Notes: generated by a model from the letters alone, not told the origin. A DNA stretch of 64,000 bases from Paragordius varius (GCA_964247055.1 OZ176050.1:9424001-9488000), one strand, 5' to 3'; shown: positions 13,955 through 29,200, counted from the stretch's first letter. Numbers and translations are program-made.

Positions 13955-16900
13955 TTATGTATTATCTGGCTTAGGTATGGAATTAGGCATAGTTGAAGAC
14001 ACCGAACCTAGATTTGAATTCGTAACAGATACAGGTATATTGGTAAGATTGGCTCCAGATGCCGATTGAAAATTACTAAGTCTTTTATGTTTAACATCTT
14101 CGGCCATTATTTTCCAATATCTGTAATTGTAACGTAAGTTATCCATTAGTTCCGGGACACCGCAAAAAGCTAGAAATATACGAGGAAAAAATATATGATA
14201 ACTGAACCCATGATAAGCTAATTTTTATAAACTATAAAAATAATTATCTCACTCAACTTAAAAATTTATTTTAAAATAGTTAATGGATTTTAAATCAAAG
14301 GTATATAACCATCTTAAATATATAAAATTAAAAACTAATATATCAATGATATGCTTTACTTATATAAAATAAATTTTAGTACGAAAAGGAAAAAAGAGAC
14401 TTCTGCTTAAACTCGTTCTTAAAATAAAAGAATAAATATAATTAAATGTAGCTTACAATCCCATGCATCAAACATGCCATTAACAAAATAATCTATGAAA
14501 GAGATCTGTGATTGAGGTATGCTACAAACCTTACGATCGAACGTAGGCATTACAACAGGTAAATTTAATCGCCTTTCTTCATCCGTCTAAAAATTAATAT
14601 TATTTTATGGAATTTTCACAATTTCGTACTGTTGTTTTGTAGTTATATATATTATTAATTCATAATACTGTTCAATAAAATCCGCAAACAAAAAAAATTT
14701 ATGATATATTTTAAATGTATTTAATGGCAATCATATTGAATAACACTGGTAACCAGTTAAAAACAAAGTAATAAAATTTATCATTTTAAGTGGTCTAAAT
14801 TTGATTTTTTTTGAAAACTTGGATTAAAGGTGCAAATTTTAACCAAGATTTACTAGTAAACACAAAATGAATCTCTAATAAATAATTATATAATAGAAGT
14901 TTGGAATTGTTAATGAGTTTAAAATATAATAATTACCTGTTCAAAATATTCTTCGGCTATACGCTTTGACCATTCCTTACAAATATCTAAAGGTCTACAA
15001 GGATTGGATACATCTGCGCATTTTATCATCATATCCAGGATGAGGGCACGATGCTTTTGAGCATCTTCAGCAGTTACGTGCAAGTTACGACCTATCACAA
15101 AGAATTTTTATAAAATAAATATGCATTTAAAAAGTGTCATTTAATGTACCAAAAATATCTATATTAAACTATGGTTGACACTTAAAATATTAAAAAAATA
15201 AAATATATATGTGATATTTTCTTAACCAATTAAAACTTATAAACCAGGTTAAACTTGATAGTACTATTATATATGTTTGGATTCATTCCTTTTATATTGC
15301 AATATACAATTTAAACCACCCAACAACATCAGTTAAACAAAGTAAATAAAAAATTTAATTTTAACCTGTTTTAATTTCACATTGTGTAGATTTAAATTAA
15401 ATATTTTAAACGAAATACTCTTTTACACCATGCTAAATATTGAATTGTTTTTTAAATTAAATTCCAATTTTTTAATCTCTACAAGAAAAACAAATTCGCC
15501 TAAATTGTTGCAATCAGTATAATATATCATGTAAAAAAGTGTCTGTATACTAGATTCATTGGTAGAAGATGAATCGTCAATATCATCGTTCATGGAAGTA
15601 CTTCCGCGCGGTGTGCTTTTAATATTTGCACTGCTGCTCGTTTGATTTATAACTATATTTGCAATGGTATCTGTTTGTGATAATCTATATGGACCACCGC
15701 TTTCTTTTGACGTAACAATAACATTTGTTGAAGCATCCTTTTCGTCCACAAAAGTTTTGTTTGCAGATATTAATGTAGAAGGTTCATCAAGACCTGCGGA
15801 AAGCATAGCATCAGTTCCAACTAAAAGTTCAATTAAAACTTCCCGCCATATATTACGGTGTGCACCCGCATGTTGCGAAGTTGTAGGTAAATCATCTAAT
15901 ATTTCATTATCATCATCTTGCTGTTGGGATGATAAAATATTTTGTGTTGACTCGGCCAATGTCGCGTTTTGGGGTTGTGTTTGACTAGAGGAAGTATTAT
16001 CGTCGGAAGGGAGCTCTTGTAAAGATTTGGGTGTTAACGCTACAATGTATATGGAAAAAAATGCTGTATTATAAAATTTCTAAATTTAGTCATTCATTAT
16101 TATAGATGAATCACAAAACCGAATTAAAGAAGTATTTGAATATTTTACGTTCGACAAAGATTAATAGCAATAATTAAAATTTATATTTTAACTAAATTCA
16201 ATTATTAAATAACTCAAATAATATTTAAATTATTTTTACTCTTATATGCATATAAAAATAAAATTTTACAAGAGAGTTAGTTATTAAATATTACTTGCAT
16301 TGCTATTGTCATGGTCAAGAAAAAAGTAAACATGATCGCCGATTTCTATTAATAATTACCAAACTGGTTTCAAATTTTTAACAATTTTTTTCACAATATA
16401 ATATTTTACAGTTTTTCCATGTCCATACCACATATTAAAATGTCAAATAAACATTTTAACACTAAAATCAGACACACAATGTGCGCCATATGCGTGTTTG
16501 ATTTAATATAAGTTTATGATTGTTCATCTAATTTTTTTCGATTTACTTTCATCACTAGGCCTAATAGTGTGCTCGGAAACATCTGAGGCAAGTGAATCTT
16601 TGGAAGTAACAGTAAATATTGGTTTTAGGGAGCTTTCTGGTTCAATAATTTTGTTTTCGCTTGTGACAGAATCGGTTTCTGCTATATTATCTCTCATAAC
16701 CTTCAGTAGGGCAGATTCTAAGTTTTGAGGCTTTACAGGAACATTTTTAGATTTGTCATTTTTATCTTTTTCGCTTTTGACTTTATCTGTTAAGTATGTA
16801 TATAGAATTTATAATACAAATTTATAAAAGTTTTTAAACATAATATAGAAGTGTCTTTCGAAAAAAAGAGCAATAAACGAAAAATTGAAGATGGATAAAT

Positions 16901-17793
16901 GTGAGCTAAATTACGTTAAAGATTGTCGATTTTTTCCACAAAATTAATGATCCCAAAAATTTTAAGTAATTTTCTATGATTATCACCATTAACCAATGTT
17001 AAATCTTTGAGATATCCTTTCAATTTTTAACACAAAATAATATTTTATTGAGTATTAATTATTTATTTTTCGTATGAGAATGTTAAAATGAGCTCATTAT
17101 TATACTGTGAAATATCCAATATAAATTTTATTAAACTTCATGCATATAAAATATGATATATAGTTAATTATCGATGATTGCCATTAAGGCCTTATTTAAA
17201 GTATAAAACCTACCGTTATTTGTGATTGCAAATAACCCAAAATAAAAGCTGCTTATATGATTCAATCGATCGAATTGATGGTAAACGTTTATATATAATT
17301 AAGAGATGATATTTGAGGATCAGATAATTATCATGTCTGACGTATTTTATTAAAAAACACCGAACCATACAAAAAGATTTCACAAAAAAAAGTTATAATG
17401 TTAAATTAGGAAATTTGATAATTATGTTGCTTGGCCATCTCTAAAATGGTAAACTCACTAAATTCCCTTTTTTGCTTATGATATACTCTAGGTATATTCT
17501 TCACATAATTTATCATTTAGTATACCATTTACAATTCAAATTAACCCTTAAACTATTTAAATTTACCCTCAAACAATTCAAATTCACCCTAAAAATAAAT
17601 TATGTGTTCTCAAGATAATATATCTTATCATTAATATGAATTATATTTTTACGATATAGTTTGAAAGTTTTTCAGCTTCATATTAATTTTACACTGTAAA
17701 TTTTTTTTTAAAAAAGGTAATTAAATCTTAAAAAAACACATAATTTATTTTAGGGTGAATTTTAATTGTTCAAGGGTGAATTTGAACTGTAAA

Positions 17794-17827
<34 letters not shown>

Positions 17828-20800
17828 TGTGTGCAAAAAAATTTTTAACAAATTTTTTTTTATGAGACAGCTTATGACCAGCGTATTCATTTGCCGCAAA
17901 AATTTTTATTCATTGACGACCTACTTTGGAATATTGAGAGAAAATCATCAAAATTGGGCAAAAAGTGTATATATATATATATATATATATCCATTTACAG
18001 TTAATCCTCGAACAATTCAATTTCACCCTTGAACAATTCAAATTCACCCTAAAATAAATTGTGTTTATTAAGATAAAATATTAACTATATTTTTAAAGGA
18101 TAAAATTTCGTTTTAAATTAAAATAGTACTGAAAAAATAATAAATTATGCCATAAAAATATATAATATGATGAGTTATATTGGCCCGAAAACACTTATTT
18201 TATTTTTAGGGTGAATTTGAATTGTTCAAGGGTGATTTTGAATTGTAAATGGTTTATATGTATATCAGCACATTCGAAAAAAAAGCTTTATGCTCTATAA
18301 CTTAATAAGAAAGAGTTTTTCCAAAATTTATGTATACCATACCAATTAGTGGGGATTGTTGTTTTCCAGAGCCGGCAGAAATAACAACATCGCGAGAGCC
18401 ACGTCTACTGTTTGTGACACTTGTAAAGGTTGAGGAAGATTTCGAAGACCCTGATGTTCCAAATCTCTTGTAACGCTGACCATGGCTACCATACGCCGCG
18501 GTGTTTATAATATTATTTGCAACTATAATTTAAATTAAATTAATTTTGTCGTTTACCGTGTGAAATTATGGGGACAAAACATAAAAACTAAAAGGCAAAT
18601 ATTTTTAAAACAGCCATAATATTTAAAAGTATTGTTTTGGGGTGCCAAATAAGAAATACTGATGTAAATTTTTATACTCTCTAATCTATTTCACTATTGT
18701 AACCGTAAAATTATATAATAAAAAAGTATGGGGGTGCCTTTTATTAAATAAAAATATTTGTCTTTTGGTTTTTACATTTTGTCTTTAAAATTTGTCGTTT
18801 TAAGAAGGCGTCGTGGTAGAATGATGAAGGAATCAACTTGTACACTATGCGAATTAAATTCAAAGAACAAAACTTATCAATTATCTATCTATAATTTATC
18901 AAAGTCTCATAAAAAATGATAAAATATTAAATTTAGATTATAATATCATAATTACAAGATTTTAAATTATACAAAAGTTTTGATTGAAGAATAAAATAAA
19001 TAGAAAAAGAAACCTGAGTATTTTTTACCACGAGCTTTAATTAATGCCTGACATTTGTCGAGAAAAGTCAAAAATTTGGAAAGAATCTCAAAGTGTTTGG
19101 CCATTTCTGTAGCTAAAACCATTTCAATCACAACAGTACGGAGTGTTTTAAAATCATCGCTAAATACAAAAAATAATCATTATTGTAATAGTCGTTTTCA
19201 ATTATGTAAATACAATGGCTAATTAAAATAATTGTAAGTATATTATGTCAATTTTATTATTAAGTAAAACAAATAAAATATTAGTTTATTAAAACAAAAA
19301 TGAGCAATAATACTTATTGAGATTCTTAAAGATATTGCACTCATCATTTTGAAGTGTTAACTTGAATGCGTAAGCTACATGATGATTTTCTAATACTGAT
19401 CTAAAAAATATTAAATAAAAATAGAATTATTATATGTAAAATGTTTATAAAAAATCACCTCATTCTGCAAGATTTTCGTTACTTCCTTAAAATTTAATTT
19501 CTGCCTACAAAATATGGTAAATATATTTCTTAAATACTAAATATTAAACTAAAAAAGGTATATTCATTGAGAAAGTTTACGCTATATGGAAAATCCATTT
19601 CAATTTGTTCTGTAAAAAAGTACTTTTTCAAAAATGATAAACTCTATAAATAATAAGTGCCATATATATAGCATTTTGTATGTATTGCTAGTTTTCAATA
19701 AATATTACCAAATAACATATATACGAAGTACAATAATATTGAGACAGACTCATTTTTTTCGATTTCTACAGCAATTAGCCAATATTAATGCTCTTTGTTG
19801 AATATGCTATGCTAAGTGACATTATTATTAAAAAACTAGCTTGTATATAATATATCTATGTATGTAAAAAACTTGTCATTGTAAAGGAGTGCCAATTCAT
19901 GACGTGAATTGCAAAGAAAGGCAGAATTCCGCCCAGGATGATCTAAATCATGAACCGTGGCTGCAATAAGGGCTCCCATAACCTCATGATCTTCCAACAC
20001 CTCCTATAACAAAATAGTACACAATAATTATAATTAAAAATATGAAGACAAAACATAAAAACTAGTAAAAAACAAAAATTACCAATCTATATTTTTACTT
20101 CGTATTTTGCAACCAAAACAATAGTTTATATTAAAAAATCAAGGTTTAAAAAATTGTTGTCTGTAAAATTTAACATATATATATATAATTTTCATACTTT
20201 TTCTCCTAATAACTTCAATTTTACTGTATTTTAAAAAATTTCAAATTTTAAAAAAGTATTATTTTTCTTAAATTTTTAAATAAGCCCAAATTTATTACTT
20301 TAATCAAGGGATTTTGTAGGAAAAAAGCCGTAGCCTGTAACACATCTGCAGCATGAGACGAATTATGATACCAATTACCATTTCGGTAATGCGATTCAAT
20401 CATCTGAAGCCAGGAATGAAGTGTATGGGGTGAACATTTTAAATAATCACAAACGCCAAATCGTTGGAATATACGCATAGCCAAGTAATATAATGGTCTG
20501 GAAGAAAATTAATTTTTAAATAGATGGTGAGAAATAAGGAGAGAAATTTAGAATTTAATATTGTAAATTATACATATTTAGAATTTAGAAATAAATAATT
20601 TTTTCAATTCATAAAAAATAAACAAATAATCAAACTTTTTGTTAGATAAACGCTCAAGGTGAAATATGGGGAAATCCCAAGCGTTATCTTTGTAAATAAG
20701 TTGCTGAATATCTGCAGGGACTTCTAACAAAGATTGCGACTCGATACTATCTTGCGGGGCTAAAAAATAGATATTACTTAGCTATTTTATTGCACATCTA

Positions 20801-23800
20801 AATAATATTTTAAAAAAATTTGTTGAATTTGAAAAACTTACATTGTGATGAATGTTTTCGCATAAGATTTGGCCGAGACAGACGAGGTTCCTACATATTA
20901 ATTGTAAGGTAGATTTAAAGATATGAAAAATAAAAAACATTAATTGTAATACAGGGGTGCCCAACTTGAGGGCCTCTGAGATATAAAGTCGGCTCGCTAA
21001 AATTTGGAATTAATTTGGAAAAATATGCTAATAAAATCTTAGTAAAATTGATAATTCCTCAAATAAATTTACTCAAGAAGTCAATTCAATTGGCAACGAA
21101 TTAAAAAATGTTGTTCTATTGTGTTTGCGTTTTAAAAACAAAATATTTAAGAATGCCCATATACAGTAAAAACGCAAAAATATAAAGACAAAGATACTTT
21201 AAAAGACAACCATACATTTTTAAACCTATTTTTTTCCTATATAAATAATTTATACAAAATCATAAAATATATAATTGAATGTGTTACCAATATACATCTC
21301 TATTCCATACATTGCAATTACGAACAATTATTTAATTTTTATTTAAACAATGTGTCAGTCTAAAAAAAAATTTGTCTTTTATTTTGCGTTTTACAAATAA
21401 ATTTAAATGCCCATATATATTTCAAATGAGGCACGCACGGTTTTTGAGTCAAAAATACGGCCCACGAAGACATTTAAGAAGAACAACCCTGTTTGAAGTT
21501 ATAAAAAGTTATTTTTACCAAATTTAATCCTGCCAAGGTGCCGACTAAATCAGTGGTAATTTTTTCTTCTTCATCTTGTATCATCCGTTCATAATCGGAC
21601 GCATTAGTACAGGATAAACTTTGTTTTATGTCTGAAGCTGTTTTAAAAATATATTATAAATATATTCTATAATCAGGTACCGTAAAAGAGTATTCATAAC
21701 TTTAATAAAACAGTTTAACGCCTATTTTAAATTGTCAAAAATTATTGAGGCTTTATATGATCACCATAATTTAATAAGCAGATAAAAAAATGTAAATTTG
21801 TAAAACTAAAATTTATGTTGGAGATTTCTGGAAAAAAAACAATTTATCTAATATAGCTGTAGCCTTGCAATAAAGTGTAAATATCAATAACCAACATAAC
21901 CTATAAATTAAACATTAACACTTAATCTAAATTTTAAATAGTAAAAGCCTATCCATTACTTTTAGCAAGTGCATCTCCTGCCGTCTCAGGAGTATCATTA
22001 GCTTTTGTAATAAAATTATTGAAGACGTTAGTTGTTTGAATAACTGTGGTGGGTGTTCTGTCACCTCCACCATGGTAAACTGAATTTGCAGGTTCATCTA
22101 AAATAAATTCAAAATACCAATTTTTTATATACATTGTTTTAAACACAAAAATATTAAATTTACAAAAGCTATGATTACTGTAATGATATTTGGTTGAACT
22201 AAATAATTGGGAAGGGTTGAGAGAGTATAATTCAGTAGATGTGTGCAAAATATCTAGGGCCCTTTCCAAGGCTTGTGAAATATTTAGCGGTGAGCTTTGT
22301 TGTGCGGCCGTTAAAATATTTATAATCTAAAAAAAATATAGATTGGCTAAGTTTTCATTATTTTAATAAATTCAAACAAGTATAATCAGAATGAATCAGC
22401 AAAATATTTAAGATTTTTAGAATAATATTGGACACAAGTTTACAGCAAAATCATTCAATGTTATAAAAAGTTTAATATAACGATTTGTAGTCAAATTGCT
22501 AATTTAAAATAGGATTGGATATATTTATATAGTAGAGATAAAAGATTGTTTTAACATAGTTGTATATTTAAAAGTAGTATTTTGGATATTTATTAGTAGA
22601 GTCAAACCGGTTATGATTTATAGCAGAAAGTGTGACGGCAACGATATAAATCAAAATTATGGTAGTAGTATTTGTAAATGGTAAAATTTAACCTTTATTT
22701 TTATTAAATGTTTATTAATTAAAAGTTAGTAACTAATAAATTATTTAATTTCATTATAAATTTGATGACATATTTTTGCATTTAATGACTGGTTATGACC
22801 TTAAATGACTAAATTCTTATGCAGTCAGGCCTGATAATATTTTTTGACACGTTAAAATTTATTTCTAGATTAATACTGTAATCCCCCCATAATGAGGCCG
22901 TTTGCGGGAAAAAATGCACGGGTCATTATCCAGAACATGACCGTTTTTAAAATTGTATATATAAAATTAAATTTTTTGAATAAAATATAATTAATATTGA
23001 TGATTTAAAAAATATTCTACAGGTATTTAAAAAATTAGGAAAAATAAATAAATTTATCTTTCTTTTTTTGGTCCATTATTAGTAACCCACTATGCCCAGA
23101 AAGTAGTAAATTTATCGAAAGAGTGTGTTTAACTAAAAAAAATTAATTCAAAAATTAAGACCTGATTTAAAATTTTAAAAAATGCGTAAAGATCAACATA
23201 AGTTGATAACTGATAGGTACTTTTTGTTTAAAAGCTCATTAAAAAGGGGCAGATTTAATATAAATATGGTAAACTAATGAATTACTTTTGTTATGGGAGC
23301 TTCGATAGTCATCGATTTGATACGCGCCAACGAAGGTCTTCGTATATTCATATCTGCTATATAAGAAATAAGACAATAGTTATTTGTTGCAAATATTGAC
23401 ATAAACAGCAAATTAGTTGAGCAAACAAAATGACAAAGCTTAATCTATTTTTAACTATAATGAAATATACAAACATTTTTACAAAATACTATTTGAAAAA
23501 TAATACTTTTTAGGAAAAAAAACAAATTAAAATATAAAAACAGAACATGTAAATTTGTGTTTTTGGTCTTAATTGTTAATTGAGGACTAAAACTTTAATT
23601 TTTTAAGATATAGTAAAACCTCCTAATAATGACCACAAGGTTGAAAAATCATATGGCTCTATAGCCACACCTTGATGCTTCTTTTTTCAAATATAATATA
23701 AATTAATTTGCCCTTTTTCATTTAATATTAAATATAATTAATTGTTCAAAAATAATAAAAAAAATTTGTAGTGTTTTAAATATTCTATACTCAGTCGTAA

Positions 23801-26186
23801 CTTACTGTTGTTGTAGTTTATGAAAGCTAATTATAAGATTAGAAAAGTGCTTGATAAACAACATTAAACTAAAAATATTAACCGGCGCTGGTTATTGAAT
23901 AAAGTTTTTCGATATAAGCAAAACTATTATGCAAATGTTAATATGGTTAAAATTATTTCAGTTGAAATATGTTAATACAGGGTTGCTTTAATGCACAAGG
24001 GTATGGGGCATCAGAGCCTTTGGCCGGAAGCGAGGAACAGGCGCTACCACGCCTCGGAAAATACATGTGTGTTTCAACTAAAAACGAAAAAAAAGAGAGA
24101 AATAAGGCGGTTAGTATTATGTTATGTAAGTAAAGGAGAAAATATTAGATCACTTATTTTGAAAAATATTAAAAATAAGCAGGTAAAAGCATTGAGTAAA
24201 AACTGTTTTTGGTAGGTAGAACCACAAATTAAAAGTAAGACAAATGATTCTGAATACAAAGCATTTATTACAAAATAATATTTTGATCACGGTTTATATG
24301 CTTTTAAAATTTGCACCACAAAGTTGTATATAAAATAAAAAGCAATAATAGAATAAATAAGGTTGACAATAAAAAGGCGAGTTTAATTCTTGCAAAAGAT
24401 ATTTTGATTTTAATCAATTAGTCAATTTATATAACAAAGATAATATATATTTTGTACCATTTTTTATGTTTGGAGAACTATAGGTGTGGTTATGCATTAC
24501 ATTTACATCTTCCATTACAGGATTTCTTACATTTACGATTTGCAAAAGATCCCTAAATTGTAAAACTAATTATAATATGAATAATTCAAAAATAAAATTA
24601 ATACATATTTTTTGCATAATTTTGAATTGCAAAATAAAAATGAATTAATACAATAAAACGAACCCTTTATTATTGATGATAGGGATAGATGTACAATGGT
24701 GCCATATAGCTTGACCGTTTTTTGTTTCAAGAACTAGTGTACCTTCCCATACCTATAAACAAATAAAAATATTGATAAATGTCCAAGATGACATAGCTAT
24801 TTTAGTTTCTTATAAATACGGTATAATTAAAATATATTTTATTTTTTTGGGTCGGCTTATAATGTGAGTTTACAAAAAAATAGTTTGCCCTTGATTTGAC
24901 GAATGAGATATATATCGTAAATAAAATAAATTTAAGCATTTATTTTTATTCGTTTTAATAGATAATTATAAATATTATTTACTTTTCCTTTCAGTAAAAT
25001 TTTTCGGGCCAATTCTAAACAATCAACGTTGCTGTGCGGCATATAAAGTTTGTTGCTACAACCAATCAATTCATCCGTCGTGTATTCACTCAGGTTTTCA
25101 AAAGCTTTATTGACATACTGAAAGGATAAATATAGCATATATAACCTTTTCAGAAGTATATCCGAAAAAATGTATAAGATTTTTATGGAAAAAAATTATA
25201 GCCACTCAGTAAATCTCTGTACCTATTCTGGTATAAAAAACTAATTTTATTTAATACTAGAATATAAAGTGCCGTCATAGTCGGTTATAAAAAGTCGATA
25301 AACCAAACAAATATCCGAAAAAAACTAATCACTTCCATTTTGTAATGAAAGAGATTTCTTGTGTAATATACCTACCTGTATTTCTTTGTCCATGGTGACA
25401 ATATCAATGGCATCCAATACCTCATCAAGTGCGGCAAATAAGGCATTGGTCGCATGCAATTTGCATCGAAGGATAAATGCATCATTTTCAAGCATAATTA
25501 ATTCGTTAACGCACGCCGTTTCACTTTCATTTGCCATTACGTACTAGAATAAACCAAATACAAAATAATTATGTGACAATAATATTAAAAGTAAATGAAT
25601 AGTAATTAATCCTAATAATAATATAACTTGGAACTTTGTGTTTAAAGCCTTAAAAAAGTGGATCGCCTATGCGCAGGTCTGAAATATAAAAATTGTTTTT
25701 AGATTTCTCAAGTCGCATTTTAAGACATAATAAATTATAATTATACATTTATTGAATTCAAGGTATAATAAAAAGCGTTAAAACTATTTAATAGAGACAA
25801 TACTCAGTTTAAATGTGAAACAAATAAAATGTGTTTAAATTTATATAAATATTATTTGACTATAACATTAAAAACCGGCAAAAAACCTAATTATGTTTTT
25901 AAATTTTATACGCGATTCAATTTCCAACAAAAACAAATAAAATACCACTACTCAACCGATTTTAATTTCTGGACCTGATTATAATTTGATTATATGGATA
26001 TGAAATTCACAAATCATATAGAGGACGTTTTAAGGTTTGGTCAAATCATATTTTTTGTTTCTAAAAAATGTTTTAGGGATTCTTAATGTTTTAGATTATG
26101 CTGATAAAAGAAATAACAAATAAAAATCAAAGTAAACAATGAATTTAGAAGATGAATTAGATTTTACATTATTTTATAATAAAGAA

Positions 26187-26241
<55 letters not shown>

Positions 26242-29200
26242 AGCTAATAAAATTATTTGGGAATATTTCAAGTTAATACCTTACTAAATCCAGCTTTTAG
26301 TAAATCTTGTGCAATATATGGATTTGTATTTGTTTCATCATCCCTATTTCCAAATGAAAAAATGTTATTTTAATTATAATTATAAGCGTATAATTATAGC
26401 GCTAATGTACTACCTTTGTTGTAAGATTGCAACAATAATTGTGTAGGCATTACATTTTGTAGCTCGAAGAGATCTAAAATAATGTAAATAAATAACCTGA
26501 ATTTTAAATCACAAATTAATGTAAATGATAGAGTTGGCAAAAAAAATATAAACCAAATTTATATCATATGTATTTTAGAATTTAATTAAACAAAAACGGT
26601 TTCTCTTGATATCATCATTCAAAAATTATAATTTTAGACCTATATACGTCCTTATTATAATTGGCTATCATAATTATAAAAAAGATTGAGGTTTGATTCA
26701 AAACTTAATAAATTATAATATATTGTGAAGTATCCAAATATTTGAAATGAAGTTATAATTATAATTTTCAAATTTATATGTATTAAAAATGCGAAAAAAT
26801 AATTAAATAATAAATGCCTGCAAAGTGTATCTGGATCAAAAAATCCTTTATCTCGTTTATTTTGCATAGGTGCTAATTTTGTCTCCGAAGCTATATATAA
26901 TTGTTAAATAATATACATAAATTACTAAATCATTAAAATAAAAATTTTTTTTCGTAATAAATATATAGAATATGTAACATTAAATTGAAAAGCCAAATAT
27001 AGTGTTCAAAGGAATTTAAAAGTATAATGAAGAATGGTAGAAATTTAAATTAATTAAAAAAACTATTCGCATAATTAATTGAAGTTGGGCAAAAAATGGA
27101 AAAATCAAAGTTTTTTTAATAATTTAACAGCCTTAATTAAAAAAGTATTTGAAATCAAACTGGTAGTAGATGTTTATTAAGTATATATATATGTATATCT
27201 TTTAAAATACATTTGTATAACTTTTAACATAATATATAGATATCAACTTTTAAGATAATTTTTTGAGAAGGGTGTTTTTAACTTATTTTTGCAAATATAT
27301 TTGTTTAAATAATCAAACTTGTTCATTATTAGTGACATTAAATAAACAAAATAATTTTTCTCTCAAATTTGCGATACAATTTTTTAAATTTTACAAATGT
27401 AGAAACACCCTTAAACTAATATAAATGAAGATAAGAATTTAAAAAATCCCCGAAAATGTGAATAATTAAATTTTAATACGTGATGTCACTAGCAAAGTTA
27501 TATCGTCTGCGTTTGCTTTCCCGATTTTCGTTTGGTTTAAATCCATGATTTTATCGGATTCCGATGATTCTGTTTTAGTTTGAAGCGAGGAGAAATTTTC
27601 CAAATTTTTTTCATGAGTCGTCACATTTTTGGCGGTATCAATTTGAGTATTTGTTCCATGAACTGATGATGATGAGGGTGGTGGCGACTCCAAAAAGTCT
27701 GAGGGTTTATTGGGCGAATAGGTTGCTTTATGGTTGGTATTGTTTCTAAAAGTGGACTTTTCTGTTGGACCACTACCCAATCTTCTGTCAATGAAAACGA
27801 CATCGTGACACTTTGCTAGGTAGAGTTCAACGGCAGTTTCAGCACTAGACACCAGGTCACATTTATAACCTAGACGATTGCTAACGCTCCAAAATGTCTC
27901 ACTTAAAGTATCCTCTTGACTAAATACTAGGAGTATCTATAAAAAATATTTCATAACTTTTCATCATTCATTTTTAGGTTCTTAAATTATTTTTTGAAGT
28001 CTAAACACTAAGAGTAAACATATATTGCTAGTATTTAATCAAATGCCACATGGTATAGAAAAAATAAAATTACATTGGCTAATAGCAGTGAAAAGCGAAA
28101 AATATAACATAAATCCATTAATATTCCCTTTGTTATATGTGCTATCTGGCAAAAATTAAGTAGAAACTAGACTATCAAGGTAAACTTACCCATACTAAAT
28201 GTTATATATTAGAGTTATGCTCTAATCCAATCGAATTTAAAACAAAATATCTTTAGTACTTATAAATGAGGTCAATCTAAAAGCAAATTTTATTTAAATT
28301 TATCTGATAATAGAGAGTTGCTCAAAAATATTATATGTATTCAAAAGCGTATTAACATTCAAATTAAATTTGATATGACTCTGATTCTAAGTCTTTCCCA
28401 TTATTTTAACGAGTACTCAATGTAAATTTATATTAATGATATAATCCACAATTCGTATCTTGTTATTCAATGAGTTATTTCTACAAAGTACAATTAAAAT
28501 CATATTTCACATAAATAATTAAAATTGGATAAAATACTCAGGTAAGATGAAAAATATTTCTTATACGCACATAATGTTATTGGAACATATTAATTGAGAA
28601 AAACATAGAGTTCAGGTATGCAACATTTTTTATGACGTAAATCGAAATGTGTATAATATTATATTTTTTAACTTTATTTGCATGCATGTAAGTAGGTAGA
28701 GTATTAAACAAGGTGAAAGAATATCAAAAATACGAAGGGTCGTACTTTAAAATAGAGTACATTTTGTGCGAACTTTACTGTTGACTACATAATAAATATT
28801 CTAATGTTGCGCATATAAATATGACCGAAAAATATGAAAGAAAAGTGTTTTGTGTTAAAATGTATATCATCTTAAAGAGCTTTAAACATGACTCAAGGAG
28901 TTGATTTCCGAACAAAAAATGTCAAATCTAAAATTTTCGAATCAAAAAACTATTATTAAAAACTTAAAACACCTCATAAACTTATTATTTTTGATACGAA
29001 TGGATGGTAGTTGCCTATTCCTTTAATTAAAAGCAGTATTGCAAACATGGAAATAAATGAAATGCATAGATAACCGCAACAGTGATCTATATATAACCAG
29101 TCAAAAGTTTTACCTGGTTTATCACGTAATATAAAAGAAATTTAGTAATTTAATGAAAAATATTAAGAAATTTAAATCCATAAAAAATTTTTATTTTGTT

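Noticed and set aside
16528-16546. Possible 19-nt micro-intron gtaaatcgaaaaaaattag in PDE8
   Set aside because: Using this acceptor gives N-E-Q-S-stop and would delete essential catalytic motifs. The acceptor at 16040 keeps the frame. It may exist only as a minor unproductive event.
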